DNA from: an uncultured delta proteobacterium
GTDB lineage: Bacteria > Desulfobacterota > Desulfobacteria > Desulfobacterales > JAFDCJ01
Direction of reading: 5' to 3'
Length of the DNA stretch: 64,000 nt
Assembly: GCA_963769935.1 (NCBI GenBank)
Contig: CAVYNY010000010.1
Span: 352,001 to 416,000 of the forward strand
Of this stretch, positions 1 through 11,323 are shown piece by piece. The position numbers and the translations under genes were made by a program. The notes under the pieces are model-generated. The model was not told the origin of the DNA. It ran no database searches and worked only from the letters and a program-made list of their open reading frames with translations. How positions within the stretch are numbered: the first letter of the stretch is position 1; every line of letters starts with the position of its first letter.

Positions 1-816
1 CACTGCAACACCCAGGTCTGACAGCACGTTGGCGCCGGTCAAAGCCAGGTCATACTGCCGTGAGGACGCGGCAACAAACAATGCCAGGCTTACGGGGCTG
101 AGCCCGTGAAAACGTCCGTGAAATGATTCCTCGGTATCAAAGGCCGCCGCGGCCACACCGCTCATCTCCGAAATTTTCAAAGACCCTTCCAGCGCAGTGC
201 CCAAGTGCCGCTCCTGCCCCAGCACCATGATGAAATCGGTCCGGGCGCAGGCTTCCGCCAGATCGCAGATCACGGGATCGCACTGCTCAATCAAATGCGC
301 GAGTTCGCTCGGAAACTGCGGGGCCTGCAATTTGCGCCCGGCCATTGCCAGCACCAAAAGCAACAGGCACAAGACGCTGGCCGTATATCCCTTTGTTTTG
401 GGGCCGACGTCTTCGGGGCCCACCGGCAGCAACAGTATATTATCGGATACCGCTGTAATTGGGCTGTCTTTTTCAGCGGTGAGGGTCAGAGTCCGCATGC
501 CACACCTTCGGGCATGTTCAAGCGCCGCGATGGTCGTCTTGCTGGCACCGGACTGCGAGAGAATGACCGCCAGGCAATTCCCGTCGGGCTTTTCGACCGT
601 CCCGCTCATAAAGGCAAGCGGCCCGTTGATCCGAATCCGTGCTGCCAGCAGCATTTGTATAAGGGGTTTCGCCGCGGTCAGCGCATTCAGCGAAGTACCC
701 GACCCAACCAGATAGATGGTGTCGGCGGGTGCGATCTCAGGCAGGACCTCCGGTATCGTCTGCAAAACGGTGTCGACAACCTGCGGTTGCTCATAAATAA
801 AGGTCTTGATGTTCAT
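1..816 (-). CDS. SIS-domain sugar-phosphate isomerase/deglycase (GlmS C-terminal/FrlB-like), runs off the window edge
   Basis: Not in the ORF track. Hand translation from ATG at 816: MNIKTFIYEQPQ...TIYLVGSGTSLNA...AVILSQSGAS...VGPEDVGPKTKGYTAS. GSGTS, SQSG and TKGY are SIS motifs. Confidence 0.85.
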   Translation of the reverse strand, partial: MNIKTFIYEQPQVVDTVLQTIPEVLPEIAPADTIYLVGSGTSLNALTAAKPLIQMLLAARIRINGPLAFMSGTVEKPDGNCLAVILSQSGASKTTIAALEHARRCGMRTLTLTAEKDSPITAVSDNILLLPVGPEDVGPKTKGYTASVLCLLLLVLAMAGRKLQAPQFPSELAHLIEQCDPVICDLAEACARTDFIMVLGQERHLGTALEGSLKISEMSGVAAAAFDTEESFHGRFHGLSPVSLALFVAASSRQYDLALTGANVLSDLGVAV

Positions 817-821
817 CCCGC

Positions 822-1676
822 TTATCCTTTGATGCCGCCTTCACCCCGTCCCTGCCTGAAATACCTCTGCATAACGGCGAAGGGAACAATGATCGGCAGG
901 CTCAGCAAAATTGCCGCCGCCATCAGGCGTCCGTAATCAATCTGGTGCTGACCCAGGAAGAAAAACAGAATCACCGGGGCGGTCTGGGCCGCCGGCGTCG
1001 TGGTGTACAACAGCGCAAAAATATATTCCTGCCAGGCAAGTACGAATGCGAAAAGTCCTGCGGTAATAATACCCGGAATTGACATCCGCAACACGACTTC
1101 AAATATTGTCCGGATGTCACCGCAGCCGTCCACTTTGGCGGCCTCCTCGAGTTCACGCGGGATATTGCGGAAGGTGGTGGAAATCATCCAGGTACAGATC
1201 GGCAGGGTTACCGACAGATAGGCAAAGACCAGGCCCGATATCGTATTCAAGAGCTTTAATTTTGACAGGATAATGTAGAAAGGAACGAAAAAAATCATCG
1301 GGGGGAAAAACTGGGAACTCAAAATACCGACCAGGATGCCTTTTCCCCCAGGGGCCCGCAAGCGTGTCAAGCCATAGGCCGCCGGGATCGAAAGCAACAG
1401 ACTGATAAATGTCACCAGGCCGGAAACCAGCAGGCTGTTTTCCAATGACGCCAGAAACCTGGGATCTTCCAAAACGCCCGCATACTGTTTCAGCGTCCAG
1501 TTGTGGGTGAACCACTTCAGCGGATACGTGAAAAACTCTTCGATGGGCTTAAAGCTGGTCAGGCCCATCCATAGATAAGGAAAAATAACGACCATCGCCG
1601 CACAGACAAGAAAAAAATAGGTCAGGCCCAATGTCAGGTTTTTTCTCTGGTGATGAGATGCAATCAGGCGCGCCAT
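822..1676 (-). CDS. Carbohydrate ABC transporter permease (MalG-like)
   Basis: EAA loop (ELEEAAKVDGC) and about 6 TM segments; likely start MARLIASH at 1676. Confidence 0.92.
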   Translation of the reverse strand: MARLIASHHQRKNLTLGLTYFFLVCAAMVVIFPYLWMGLTSFKPIEEFFTYPLKWFTHNWTLKQYAGVLEDPRFLASLENSLLVSGLVTFISLLLSIPAAYGLTRLRAPGGKGILVGILSSQFFPPMIFFVPFYIILSKLKLLNTISGLVFAYLSVTLPICTWMISTTFRNIPRELEEAAKVDGCGDIRTIFEVVLRMSIPGIITAGLFAFVLAWQEYIFALLYTTTPAAQTAPVILFFFLGQHQIDYGRLMAAAILLSLPIIVPFAVMQRYFRQGRGEGGIKG

Positions 1677-1677
1677 C

Positions 1678-2549
1678 TCAATCTCTCTCCACAACGCGCA
1701 GATACAGGACGATGACCAGAAGTATCTGGGCAAATAAAATAAGCGACGCGGCTGCCGCGGCACCGAAATCAAATGCATCGAATGCCTGTTTGAATATAAA
1801 CAGTCCTAATATCTCGGTCGCCCGCAGCGGTCCGCCCCGGTCATGATAATGGGCAGGGTAAAGGAGTTGTAGGCCCAGATTGTCGACAGGAGCACCGCGG
1901 TCGACATGGCCGGCAATATGGTCGGAAAAACCACCATCTTGAAAATTTGCCGGCGGTTGGCGCCATCGACCCTGGCGGCCGCGACCAACTCGGTTGAGAC
2001 ATCCTGCAGGCCGGCAAACAGGGTAATCATCACGAGCGGAAAAAACTTCCACGTGTTGGCAAGAATCAAAGACATCTGGGCGAGTTTGGGAGACGCCGAC
2101 CAGGCAATGGGGTTCTCGATCAATCCCAGCCGCAGCAGGATGTCATTGAGCACACCCAGCTGGGGATGATAGATCCATAAAAACAGGATCGCCACAACCA
2201 CGAAGGAAGAAATCCAGGGAATCAGCAAAATTCCGGTAAACAAACCCCGGAAATGAATGATCGAATTGAGCGCCAGCGCAATTGCGAGTCCAATCACCAG
2301 CTGAAGGGAGACATTGCCGATGACCCAGAACAGCGTCACTTTAAGGGAGTTCCAGAAATAGGCCGATCCCAAAAGCTTGGCAAAATTTTGCAGCCCTACG
2401 AACTCCCAGGAGTTGCGCATAAAGTTATGTTTGAAAAAGGCGATCCCCAGGTTGTGGACCACCGGAAAAAGCACGGCCAGGGCCAGGACCACCAACAGGG
2501 GGGCGGCAAATAGATAACCCTTGATATACTTGGTACGACCCTTTAACAT
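1678..2549 (-). CDS. Carbohydrate ABC transporter permease (MalF-like), frameshifted near 1837
   Basis: ORF 1806..2549 has the EAA loop (AAARVDGA). The C-terminus GGPLRATEILGLFIFKQAF... continues in another frame (1678..2052); one base is missing in a G run. Confidence 0.88.
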
Positions 2550-2621
2550 AAGTTACATACTGCCGCGACCATAGCCGAAGCCTTAGAAGTGATTGAAAAA
2601 TAGATTGTCGAAAGGCTCGAT

Positions 2622-2778
2622 AACTCCGAAACTCGAAGCACGAATTCTGAAACAAATAAGAATTCTTAATGACCGAATTTTCAAAACTGAAATAAGGGAT
2701 GGGATTCTTGATGTTTTGAGATTTTGAATTTTTGCCATTTGAGATTGTTTCGGATTTCGATATTCGGATTTCGAATTT
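2622..2778. repeat. Intergenic imperfect inverted repeat built from 7-bp units (TCGAAAT-like)
   Basis: Left arm aactccgaaactcgaagcacgaattctgaaacaaat; right arm attgtttcggatttcgatattcggatttcgaattt. Confidence 0.7.
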
Positions 2779-2845
2779 GGTGTTGACCTTTAAAAAAACA
2801 ACGGTTCACCAGTCTCTCACCCTCGAAGGTAGATACCGTCTTTCA

Positions 2846-3880
2846 TCAATCAAGGCGTTCCCATTTTCCCGACCGACTCGACGCGTAAGCTTTGTCAATG
2901 ATGCGGTTGACCTCGAGGCCATCTTCAAAGGTCAGCATGGGAGTCGACTGATTGCGGATACAGTCCACAAAATGTTCGATTTCACCGAAATATCCATAAC
3001 GCCGATATTCCTCCACGGTCGGAAACAGCCATCCCTGATCGTGTTCGGCCTTCTCGGTAAAGTATTTATCGGTTTTTTGTTTTGAAAAAACCTTGATGGG
3101 TTGCGACAGACCGGAGCGATCGTAAGCGATCATGCCTTCGTCACCCCAAACCTCAAAATCGACCGCCATTCCGCCGCGCTGGGTCCAGCTGGCCTCAACC
3201 TGCCCCACCAGCCGGTCGCCGTATCGAATCAATGCCAGCGCGTTGTCGTCGCAGTCCGTGTCATGGTAAAGCGTGGGGGTGTGGGCAAAAACTGCTTCGG
3301 CTTTCTGTCGGCTGATATAGTTAAATGCGCCGATCAAGTGACACCCCATGTCCAGCAGAGCTCCCCCACCGGAATACTTGTGCTGATAAAACCAGGCAGA
3401 ATGGGGACCGAAGTGCCCTTCCCGCCCCCGCATCCAAAGCGGGGTGCCGATGATCCCCCGATCAATGACCGACAAGATTTCCTGCATGTCGATTGTGAAC
3501 AACAGGTTTTCACCATAACAGTGCGTGATATTGGCGGATTCGGCCGCAGCAAGCATGGCCCGGGCTTCATCGGCCGTGCGACCGAGGGGTTTCTCACAGA
3601 TGATATGTTTGCCAGCCTCGGCCGCCTGAATCGCCGATTCCAGGTGCAGATGATTGGGCAGACACAGGTCCACGGCTTCGAACTCTGCACCGCCCAGCAG
3701 CTCTTCGAAAGAGGTGGCAGCAAATCCGATGCGGTTGGCAGCGGCGAATTTCCGGGTTTTTTCCGAATCCCGCCCCAAAACCGCGACAACATCCGCCCCT
3801 TTTAACTGCGCATACACCTGGGTGCGAAATTCAGCGATAAATCCGGTACCTAACATTGCAATTTGAATGTTACGACTCAT
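2846..3880 (-). CDS. Gfo/Idh/MocA family oxidoreductase
   Basis: GTGFIA Rossmann motif, CEKP, GGGALLDMGCH. Confidence 0.93.
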   Translation of the reverse strand: MSRNIQIAMLGTGFIAEFRTQVYAQLKGADVVAVLGRDSEKTRKFAAANRIGFAATSFEELLGGAEFEAVDLCLPNHLHLESAIQAAEAGKHIICEKPLGRTADEARAMLAAAESANITHCYGENLLFTIDMQEILSVIDRGIIGTPLWMRGREGHFGPHSAWFYQHKYSGGGALLDMGCHLIGAFNYISRQKAEAVFAHTPTLYHDTDCDDNALALIRYGDRLVGQVEASWTQRGGMAVDFEVWGDEGMIAYDRSGLSQPIKVFSKQKTDKYFTEKAEHDQGWLFPTVEEYRRYGYFGEIEHFVDCIRNQSTPMLTFEDGLEVNRIIDKAYASSRSGKWERLD

Positions 3881-4129
3881 TTGAAAACTCCGATGATTCA
3901 AACAGTCCCGGCTTTCGACCCCCTGCCTACTGCAGGCTGTCCGGGGTCGGTGGTCAGGTATTGAAAAATCGTGGTCGGAAATTTGGTTTGCAATAAATTA
4001 GACCTGTCAACGGACCACAGTCGACGGACAACTTTATTCCAACATTCCATTTTATTCCATTGGTTATTATGGAACAACCTCCACCCATCTGGAGTGCAAT
4101 CAAAGCCTGGCCCCCTATACCATGGTTCT

Positions 4130-5359
4130 TTACTTTAATAGCTTATTGATCTGCACGGCAGCGTCGTCGGCCGCTTCCTGGCCGCTTTTTTGCCGGGAAA
4201 GCACCTCTTGCACCGCAACCCCGACGATGTCCGCAATCTCACTGAATTTGTCGGTAATCGGCAGCGGTGCGCCGTATGGAGCGGCTGCCACCCAGGGCTT
4301 CCAACCCTCGGTCTGGAAACGCGGCATGGCGGCCGCCGACTTGCGCCCTGGTATCGTGACCACGCTGCGGGCCATGTTTTCGGGTTTCAAACAGAATTCA
4401 GCAAATTTTTGAGCCTCATCTTTGACTTTGCTGGGAGAAAAAATGACGTAGTACCAGGAGCTCATGACAAAACGCGGTTCTTTGCCCTCCACCTGCGGAA
4501 TCTGCCCGACCGACCAGTGCAAATTGGGGTTCATCTGGCTCAGGGTTCCCCGCGCCCAGGGACCGTCCATCATCATAGCCACCTGGTTGGTCAATAGCAG
4601 CTGCCGCACATCTTTATTGCTGTTTCCCATGGCGGAAGGCTGCGCCACTTTCCATTTGTTTAAAAGATCGCCATAAAACTGCAGGGCGGCAACACCGCCG
4701 GCTTGATTAATGGCGGCCTGCCAGCCATCGGACGTCAAAAAATCACCGTGGAATGCATACAGAATGTTGAGAAAACGGCCGATCAGGGTGGCGTCGTTGG
4801 CGCCAACCATACCAAAGCCGTACTGGCCGGGCTTGGTCAGTTTCTGGGTAGATTCCACGAGCTCTTTCATGGTCTTGGGAAACTCAGCAATGCCCGCCTG
4901 CTTGAACATGTCGACATTGTAGAAAAACATCCAGGGATCGACCCGGTCCGGAATGCCGTAAATTTTGTTGTCAACCGTTGCCGCTATCCAGGGTTTCGCA
5001 TAAAAGTCATTCTTGTCGAGGCTGGCGGCGAAATCCGTCAGATCCGCGAGAAATCCGGCCGCCTGCATTTCCTGCAGCCACCGTCCGCCGACATAGCCTA
5101 TATCCGGTGCATCGCCGGACCGCAGGGATACGATCAGCTTTTGCTTCATCACGGGAAACGGGATGCTGATGAGTTCAATTTTTACACTGGGATTCTGCTT
5201 TTCGTATTCGGCGAATATGCTGGTTACCTCTTTTTCCTGTTCCTTGCTGTCCCAGCCGGGATAGGCGATTTTGATGGTCGTCGCGCCGAAAGCCGCCGGT
5301 GCCGCAATCAAAGATACAAGTACGAAAACAAAGATCATTGCTTTGAATTTACCCCACAT
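4130..5359 (-). CDS. Sugar ABC transporter substrate-binding protein
   Basis: Signal peptide, GDAPDI, IYGIP, FYNVDMFKQAG; RBS aaggaggt before ATG 5359. Confidence 0.93.
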   Translation of the reverse strand: MWGKFKAMIFVFVLVSLIAAPAAFGATTIKIAYPGWDSKEQEKEVTSIFAEYEKQNPSVKIELISIPFPVMKQKLIVSLRSGDAPDIGYVGGRWLQEMQAAGFLADLTDFAASLDKNDFYAKPWIAATVDNKIYGIPDRVDPWMFFYNVDMFKQAGIAEFPKTMKELVESTQKLTKPGQYGFGMVGANDATLIGRFLNILYAFHGDFLTSDGWQAAINQAGGVAALQFYGDLLNKWKVAQPSAMGNSNKDVRQLLLTNQVAMMMDGPWARGTLSQMNPNLHWSVGQIPQVEGKEPRFVMSSWYYVIFSPSKVKDEAQKFAEFCLKPENMARSVVTIPGRKSAAAMPRFQTEGWKPWVAAAPYGAPLPITDKFSEIADIVGVAVQEVLSRQKSGQEAADDAAVQINKLLK

Positions 5360-5438
5360 GGTACCACCTCCTTGTTTTGTCAAAGGGTTAAGATTATACA
5401 GCCGACCGCATCGTTGCGGCTTTTCAGATCACCTCCGG

Positions 5439-6686
5439 CTAAGGGTTGCGTGCAACCACCGGCACATAATTTTCCAGTTCAGCCTGGGGGAATTTGACAA
5501 CTTTTCCCTTTTCCGCTGAATAGTAAAGCGCCATCAGAAGTTCCACCACGGCCAAACCATCATCTAACGTCTCCATGGGGGTCTGCCCTTTGCGGAATGC
5601 ATTCACCATGTGCCGATTTTCGTTGGTATAACCGTAAATGCCCGGTTCATCTTCCAGCACCGGCATCAGACCCTGTTCGGCGTTTTGCTTTTCAACCAGG
5701 TCTTCCCCCTGTTCGCCCTTTACCTCGCGCGAAATAAAAATCTTAAGCCCGGTGTTCAGAGAACTAAACTCCATCGAGTATTCGGGGCCCAGAAGCTCGA
5801 GCTGAATGCGCAGTCCGGCGCCCACATATGCCCAGGATGTGGTTGTTTCAATCATCACCTGCTGGCCTTCGGGATCTTCCAGAACCAGTGTTCCGCGGGC
5901 AAAGTCCTCGGCCGGGCGCTTGCTGTAATCGACTTGCGGGCCCATCATAGCTTTGAGCTTTTCAACATAATGCGGACGGGTCCATTTTAAATTTCCGGTC
6001 GTGGCGTTCACATTGATCACCTTCAACGACGTGCGGGGTTGCCCGGGCTCGGTCAGCAAAAAACGCGCCACTTCAATGCTGTGACACATCATGTCGGAGA
6101 GCACACCGCCGCCCTGACGGCTGCCCATCCAAAACCACGGCTCGTGCGGACCGCTGTGTTCTTCCGCGGCCCGGGCCAGATAGGGGCGGCCGCTGTTCGG
6201 CACGGCCCGGCGCCAGATGATCTCCTTGCCGCGCTGAACGGCCGTTGAAAACAGCTGATTTTCCAGATAGCCGTGATTAAGATTGGCGTCTTTTACCAAC
6301 CGCAGGATTTCGCGCGCCTCCGCAATGGTTCGGGCCATTGGCTTTTCACAGGCCACCCCTAAAAGTGATGCCTTACCCCCGGTCACCAATTCGTGGATCC
6401 GGCGAAAGTGTTCAAGCCGCATATTGTTTGGCCCCGCCACCCAGATCGCATCGATTTCCGGGGACATCACCATGTCATCCAGCGAAGCGAACGCCGTACA
6501 CGGTCCGAGTTCGTTCTTGTCCGCCAGATCCGCGAAGGACTGTCGGTGCGACGCCGTCGGGCTGTATACGCCGGCTATCCGAGCATGCCGGACGCCATGC
6601 ATGGACTGCAAGTGGAATTTGGCAATAAAGCCGCTTCCAATAAAACCAACTCGAAGTGTATCAACCGGAAGGGATTTTGTTGTCAT
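5439..6686 (-). CDS. Gfo/Idh/MocA family oxidoreductase
   Basis: [21 protein letters not shown]. Confidence 0.92.
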   Translation of the reverse strand: MTTKSLPVDTLRVGFIGSGFIAKFHLQSMHGVRHARIAGVYSPTASHRQSFADLADKNELGPCTAFASLDDMVMSPEIDAIWVAGPNNMRLEHFRRIHELVTGGKASLLGVACEKPMARTIAEAREILRLVKDANLNHGYLENQLFSTAVQRGKEIIWRRAVPNSGRPYLARAAEEHSGPHEPWFWMGSRQGGGVLSDMMCHSIEVARFLLTEPGQPRTSLKVINVNATTGNLKWTRPHYVEKLKAMMGPQVDYSKRPAEDFARGTLVLEDPEGQQVMIETTTSWAYVGAGLRIQLELLGPEYSMEFSSLNTGLKIFISREVKGEQGEDLVEKQNAEQGLMPVLEDEPGIYGYTNENRHMVNAFRKGQTPMETLDDGLAVVELLMALYYSAEKGKVVKFPQAELENYVPVVARNP

Positions 6687-7788
6687 GTTTTACCACCTTG
6701 TCTGTTTTTGGATCAATGAAATGCATCCGGTTCATGTCCATCATGAGCTGGATGGTTTCGCCGACATAACTGACGGCATGGGGGTTTACCCGAGAACAGA
6801 TCTGTTTTCCGGCGAACTCGTAATGAATCATGGTATCCATTCCCAGAGGCTCTATCACGTCGACTCTCACCGCAAGGTCGGCCATGCCGGAGGCTTCGCT
6901 GTGAGGGCGATATTCGACGCAGTGTTCGGGGCGAATTCCCAAGATCATTTCCCGTCCGACATAGGGGCGATAGGATTGCGTTCTTGCGGCCGGAACGGGC
7001 AGGGTCAGCCCGTCGCCGACCTGCACCGTCAGGCGATGGTTCGCATCGATCAGGCGGCAGGCAATAAAATTCATGGAAGGTGAACCGATAAAACCGGCGA
7101 CAAACCTGCTTTGCGGCCGCTCGTACATGTCCTGCGGTGAGCCGATTTGTTCGATTTTGCCGGCATTCATCACCACGATGCGTTTGGCCAGGGTCATGGC
7201 TTCCACCTGATCATGCGTCACATAGATGATCGTCGTACCGACTTTCTGATGGATCCTTTTGATCTCGGTTCGCATTTGAACACGCAGTTTGGCGTCCAGA
7301 TTACTGAGCGGTTCGTCAAACAAAAAAACCTTGGGGTCACGCACAATTGCCCGGCCGATGGCAACCCGCTGCCGCTGCCCGCCGGACAAATGTTTGGGAC
7401 GCCGGTCGAACAGCTCGCGAACACCCAAAATGTCGGCGGCCGCTTCGACCCGGCGCCGAATCTCGTCCTTCGGATATCTCCGGACGCGCAGCCCAAAGGC
7501 CATATTTTCGTAAACAGTGGCATAGGGATAAAGGGCGTAATTCTGAAAGACCATGGCAATGTCGCGATCCTTCGGCGCCATATCGTTGACCCGCCGGCTG
7601 CCGATATAGATCTCTCCGCTGTCAGCGTCTTCCAGCCCGGCGATCATTCGCAGGGTTGTACTTTTGCCGCAGCCGGATGGCCCCACCAGGACCAAAAACT
7701 CCTGATGCACGACATCCAGATCAATATCGCTGACGGCCACTGACTTGCCGAAGTTTTTGCGGACTTTTTTAAGCACGACATCGGCCAT
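6661..7788 (-). CDS. Sugar ABC transporter ATP-binding protein (MalK/UgpC family)
   Basis: [30 protein letters not shown]-terminal TOBE-type region. Confidence 0.96.
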   Translation of the reverse strand: MADVVLKKVRKNFGKSVAVSDIDLDVVHQEFLVLVGPSGCGKSTTLRMIAGLEDADSGEIYIGSRRVNDMAPKDRDIAMVFQNYALYPYATVYENMAFGLRVRRYPKDEIRRRVEAAADILGVRELFDRRPKHLSGGQRQRVAIGRAIVRDPKVFLFDEPLSNLDAKLRVQMRTEIKRIHQKVGTTIIYVTHDQVEAMTLAKRIVVMNAGKIEQIGSPQDMYERPQSRFVAGFIGSPSMNFIACRLIDANHRLTVQVGDGLTLPVPAARTQSYRPYVGREMILGIRPEHCVEYRPHSEASGMADLAVRVDVIEPLGMDTMIHYEFAGKQICSRVNPHAVSYVGETIQLMMDMNRMHFIDPKTDKVVKHDNKIPSG

Positions 7789-7950
7789 TGCACGCACCGG
7801 TCCCTTCTGAGTTCATTCAGAGAGTTCACGAAGTAGAAGTAGAATTGCAACGCCTGTAGGTTTGTGACCAGGGATACTACTTAAAGCACATGGGTGTGTC
7901 AAGTTTCAAATCCGGCTGCAGCATTAATACGGATCGGGCTTTGATTATGA

Positions 7951-8817
7951 TCACGGATGCAAATTAACCCGGGCCGCCTCCCACCCCAATATGGCCTTCT
8001 TGCGCGCCGGTCCGCCGCCGTAGTTGCCGAACTCGGCTGTTTTGCGAATCACCCGGTGACAGGGAATGATATACGATATCGGATTATGGCCGACGGCCGT
8101 TCCAACCGCCCGGGTGGCTTTGGGAAGCCCGACTTGTATCGCGACATCTTCATAGGTGACTACAGTGCCGAATGGGATTCTGGTCAGCGCCTCCCAGACC
8201 TTAATCTGAAAGTTGGTGCCTTTAAGAATCAGATGCAGCGGTTCTTTTTTTTTCGCCGCGGCGGGATTGAATATCTGTGAGATAAGGGGAGCGGTCACCG
8301 CCGGATTTTCGCTCAGCGTGGCATTTTGCCAGTGCTGCTTGAATTCAGCTAAAACGTCTCTTGCATCTCCATTCTTGATGAAGTAAAAACCGCAAACGCC
8401 GCGCTCTGTATTGGCCAGCAGACACTCGCCAAAAGGACTGGGATGGAATCCGTAGGCGATATTAACGCCAGCGCCTTTGTTTTTGTACTCTCCGGGCGTC
8501 ACTGCTTCGCAGGTAACGAACAGATCATGCAATCGGCTGGGGCTTGTCAGACCGGCCCCATAGGTTACATCCAGAAGATTGGTGGAGTTCTCCAATAACT
8601 TTTTGGCATATTCCTTGGTTAAAAATTGCAGAAATCGCTTCGGGCTGATGCCGACCCACCGGCTGAAAATACGTTGAAAATGGTACTCGCTCAGACCGAT
8701 ATGAGCGGCGACCTCTTTTAGACCCGGTTGTGAGGGAAAGTTCGCTTCAAGAAATTTGATGGCCTTTTCAATGCGCGTGTAATCCTCGTTTGCCTGCAAC
8801 AAAGCGTCCGATTTCAT
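7951..8817 (-). CDS. Bifunctional AraC-HTH / methylated-DNA-protein-cysteine methyltransferase (Ada/Ogt-like)
   Basis: LSEYHFQRIFSRWVGISP HTH, GTNFQIKVW, active site PCHRV. Confidence 0.93.
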   Translation of the reverse strand: MKSDALLQANEDYTRIEKAIKFLEANFPSQPGLKEVAAHIGLSEYHFQRIFSRWVGISPKRFLQFLTKEYAKKLLENSTNLLDVTYGAGLTSPSRLHDLFVTCEAVTPGEYKNKGAGVNIAYGFHPSPFGECLLANTERGVCGFYFIKNGDARDVLAEFKQHWQNATLSENPAVTAPLISQIFNPAAAKKKEPLHLILKGTNFQIKVWEALTRIPFGTVVTYEDVAIQVGLPKATRAVGTAVGHNPISYIIPCHRVIRKTAEFGNYGGGPARKKAILGWEAARVNLHP

Positions 8818-8919
8818 CGCATTTTACCTTTCTTTGAGTTTATTTTGAATATAGGCTATTTTATTTACCGGCGCCACCCGATTCTTGCTGTTTTTAGTGC
8901 TAAATATTATGGTAACTTC

Positions 8920-10347
8920 ATGCTGTCCAAAAAAAATAAACCGAGCGGCAGTTCCCGCATCGATCTCACCGAAGGTCCGATACTAAAAACCCTGATTAAA
9001 CTTGCCGTCCCGGTTACCATCGGCATGGTGATGTTTACCGTTTATCTGATTGTGGATCTGTTCTTTGTGGGACGCCTGGGACCGGAGGCCGTGGCGGCGC
9101 TTTCAATCTCAAGCAATGCCTTTTTCATCCATCTGGGATTCTCCACGGTTCTGGGCACGGGCGGTATGGTGTTAATTGCCCAGGCTTTCGGAAGAAGGGA
9201 TTATGATCAGGCGGCGAACGTTTTCAGGCAAAGCATCCTTTTGGCCCTGATTATCGGCGTTATGGAGGCTGCCGCCGGACTGCTGATTGCACCGGCCTAT
9301 ATTAAATTTTTTGGCGGCACCGGCAAATCGCTGCTGTGGGGCATCCAATACTTTCAAATTTTTGCCATTTCATTTTTTTTCATGATTATCCTGTATACGG
9401 TCGGCAACTGTTTCCGGGGCATGGGGAACACCAAAACGCCCATGATCATCATGTTGCAGGCCAATGTGCTGAACATTTTGCTGGATCCCCTTCTCATTTT
9501 CGGCCGGCTGGGCCTGCCGGCCATGGGCGTGCGCGGAGCCGCCCTGGCTTCTTTGATTTCTCAAATATATGCCCTGGGAGTCTACACTTATCTTATTTTT
9601 ATCAAAGGCTCTCACATTGATATAAAGGGAAAATGGCAGCTGAGAGCCGGCATCATTCGAAAGAGCCTCTCTATTGGAATACCGTCGGGTATGAATCATT
9701 TTATGCTGGCGGCCAATTTGCTCATCACCTATCGGGTCATCGGCAAATACGGCACGGCGGCAATCGCTTCGATCGGAATAGGGTTTCGCATACTGCAGGC
9801 CATTTACATACCGGTCATCGCGCTGGCATCGGCCATGGCCGCGATTGTCGGCCAGAATTACGGTGCCGGCAACTCTGAGCGAATCACCGACGCCTTCAAA
9901 CGGGCCTGGATAATTTCCATGGCGTTTATGATTTTATGTACATTTATTTGTCGACTGTTTCCCGAAGCCATAATCGGCACATTCAGCAGCGATTCCGAAG
10001 TTATCCGCTTCGGTATAATTTATTTAATGATATTTTCGCTGGGAAATGTCATGGTGGGTACAATCATGGTTGCCGGAGCGGCCTTTCAGGGTTTAGGCAA
10101 AACGTATCCCAGCCTGGCGGGCGCTGTGCTGGACAACGCCCTGTTCGCCGGCCTGGTGTTTACCTTGCCTGCCTATTTCAACTGGGGAATTCAATCGATC
10201 TGGTGGATTAAAGTTACAACCGCTGCCATTGAGTCGCTGGTGGTGGCGGTATGGCTGAAGGGACAGTTGCAGCGGATTCGTCCGCGCATGTCACTGAAAA
10301 AGAACGGCGCAGGGCTTAAGGCGCAAGGCGCAGGGCAAAAAATATAA
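8920..10347 (+). CDS. MATE family efflux transporter
   Basis: DLTEGPILK, VDLFFVGRLG, NILLDPLLIFG, MGVRGAALA, VGQNYGAG; likely start at 8920. Confidence 0.93.
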   Translation: MLSKKNKPSGSSRIDLTEGPILKTLIKLAVPVTIGMVMFTVYLIVDLFFVGRLGPEAVAALSISSNAFFIHLGFSTVLGTGGMVLIAQAFGRRDYDQAANVFRQSILLALIIGVMEAAAGLLIAPAYIKFFGGTGKSLLWGIQYFQIFAISFFFMIILYTVGNCFRGMGNTKTPMIIMLQANVLNILLDPLLIFGRLGLPAMGVRGAALASLISQIYALGVYTYLIFIKGSHIDIKGKWQLRAGIIRKSLSIGIPSGMNHFMLAANLLITYRVIGKYGTAAIASIGIGFRILQAIYIPVIALASAMAAIVGQNYGAGNSERITDAFKRAWIISMAFMILCTFICRLFPEAIIGTFSSDSEVIRFGIIYLMIFSLGNVMVGTIMVAGAAFQGLGKTYPSLAGAVLDNALFAGLVFTLPAYFNWGIQSIWWIKVTTAAIESLVVAVWLKGQLQRIRPRMSLKKNGAGLKAQGAGQKI

Positions 10348-10511
10348 TAGTCCTTTCTTTCCTCAAACCTCAAGCGCAGCACTCCTTGAGTGAAACGCTC
10401 CTCAAGCGCAGCGCTCATCGACCGGTAAGCGTGGAAAGATAGACCTACGAGAAGCGCAAAAATTTATTATTATTTAAAAAATGGCTGAAATACTGGCCGG
10501 GAGATCTTCTT

Positions 10512-11231
10512 ATGCATCTTAAAAAAGTAATCTTAAACCCTGAAAAATACCCGACCCGGCAACACTATCCATTTAATCTGGACCTGTTCCAAAAAGATCA
10601 GAGCATCACCTTCAACTCGCCGGTGACATTTTTTATCGGGGAGAACGGCTCCGGAAAATCAACCCTGCTGGAGGCCATTACCCGCAAATGCGGCATTTAC
10701 ATCTGGCAGGGTATGCTGCGGCCGCGCTTCAACGCCAGCCCCTACGAGAAAGATCTCTACAAAACCATCGGTATCGAATGGACCGACGGCCAAAAAGTAC
10801 CGGGGTCATTTTTCGGCTCTCAAATTTTCAGCAATTTTGCCAGAATTTTAGACGAATGGCTGACCATGGATCCCGGACTGCTCGAATATTTTGGCGGTAA
10901 ATCCTTAATGGCCCAATCCCACGGACAATCTTTGATGGCCTTTTTCAAATCGAGATTTAAATTAAAAGGCCTGTATTTGCTGGATGAACCGGAAACCGCG
11001 CTTTCACCGAGGAGCCAGCTGACGCTGCTGAACCTGCTGAAGGAGGGCTGCCGGTCAGGCAATGCCCAATTTATCATTGCGACCCACTCGCCGATCCTGC
11101 TGGCATGCCCGGAAGCCCACATCCTGACGTTTGATGAAATCCCCGTAAGACAAATAGCCTACGAAAACACCGATCACTATCGAATTTATAAGGACTTTAT
11201 GGCCGACCCCAAGAGCTTCGTCGTGTCGTGA
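10512..11231 (+). CDS. ABC/SMC-like AAA ATPase (COG3910-like)
   Basis: GENGSGKS, SHGQS, LLDEPETALSP, IIATHSPILL. Confidence 0.9.
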   Translation: MHLKKVILNPEKYPTRQHYPFNLDLFQKDQSITFNSPVTFFIGENGSGKSTLLEAITRKCGIYIWQGMLRPRFNASPYEKDLYKTIGIEWTDGQKVPGSFFGSQIFSNFARILDEWLTMDPGLLEYFGGKSLMAQSHGQSLMAFFKSRFKLKGLYLLDEPETALSPRSQLTLLNLLKEGCRSGNAQFIIATHSPILLACPEAHILTFDEIPVRQIAYENTDHYRIYKDFMADPKSFVVS

Positions 11232-11323
11232 GCTGGTTGTTGTCGGTATAAACGACAGGCACGGTGATTGAACTCCTCCAGGTTCGATTTGGAATTTATC
11301 CTGCGGATTATCGGGAGCAACGG

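Noticed and set aside
197..936. Plus-strand ORFs of 172 and 243 aa
   Set aside because: Antisense shadows of the SIS gene on the minus strand; no recognisable motifs.
1830..1845. Frameshift in the ABC permease as programmed frameshifting or a pseudogene
   Set aside because: A single-base loss in a G run within an otherwise intact operon; most likely sequencing error.
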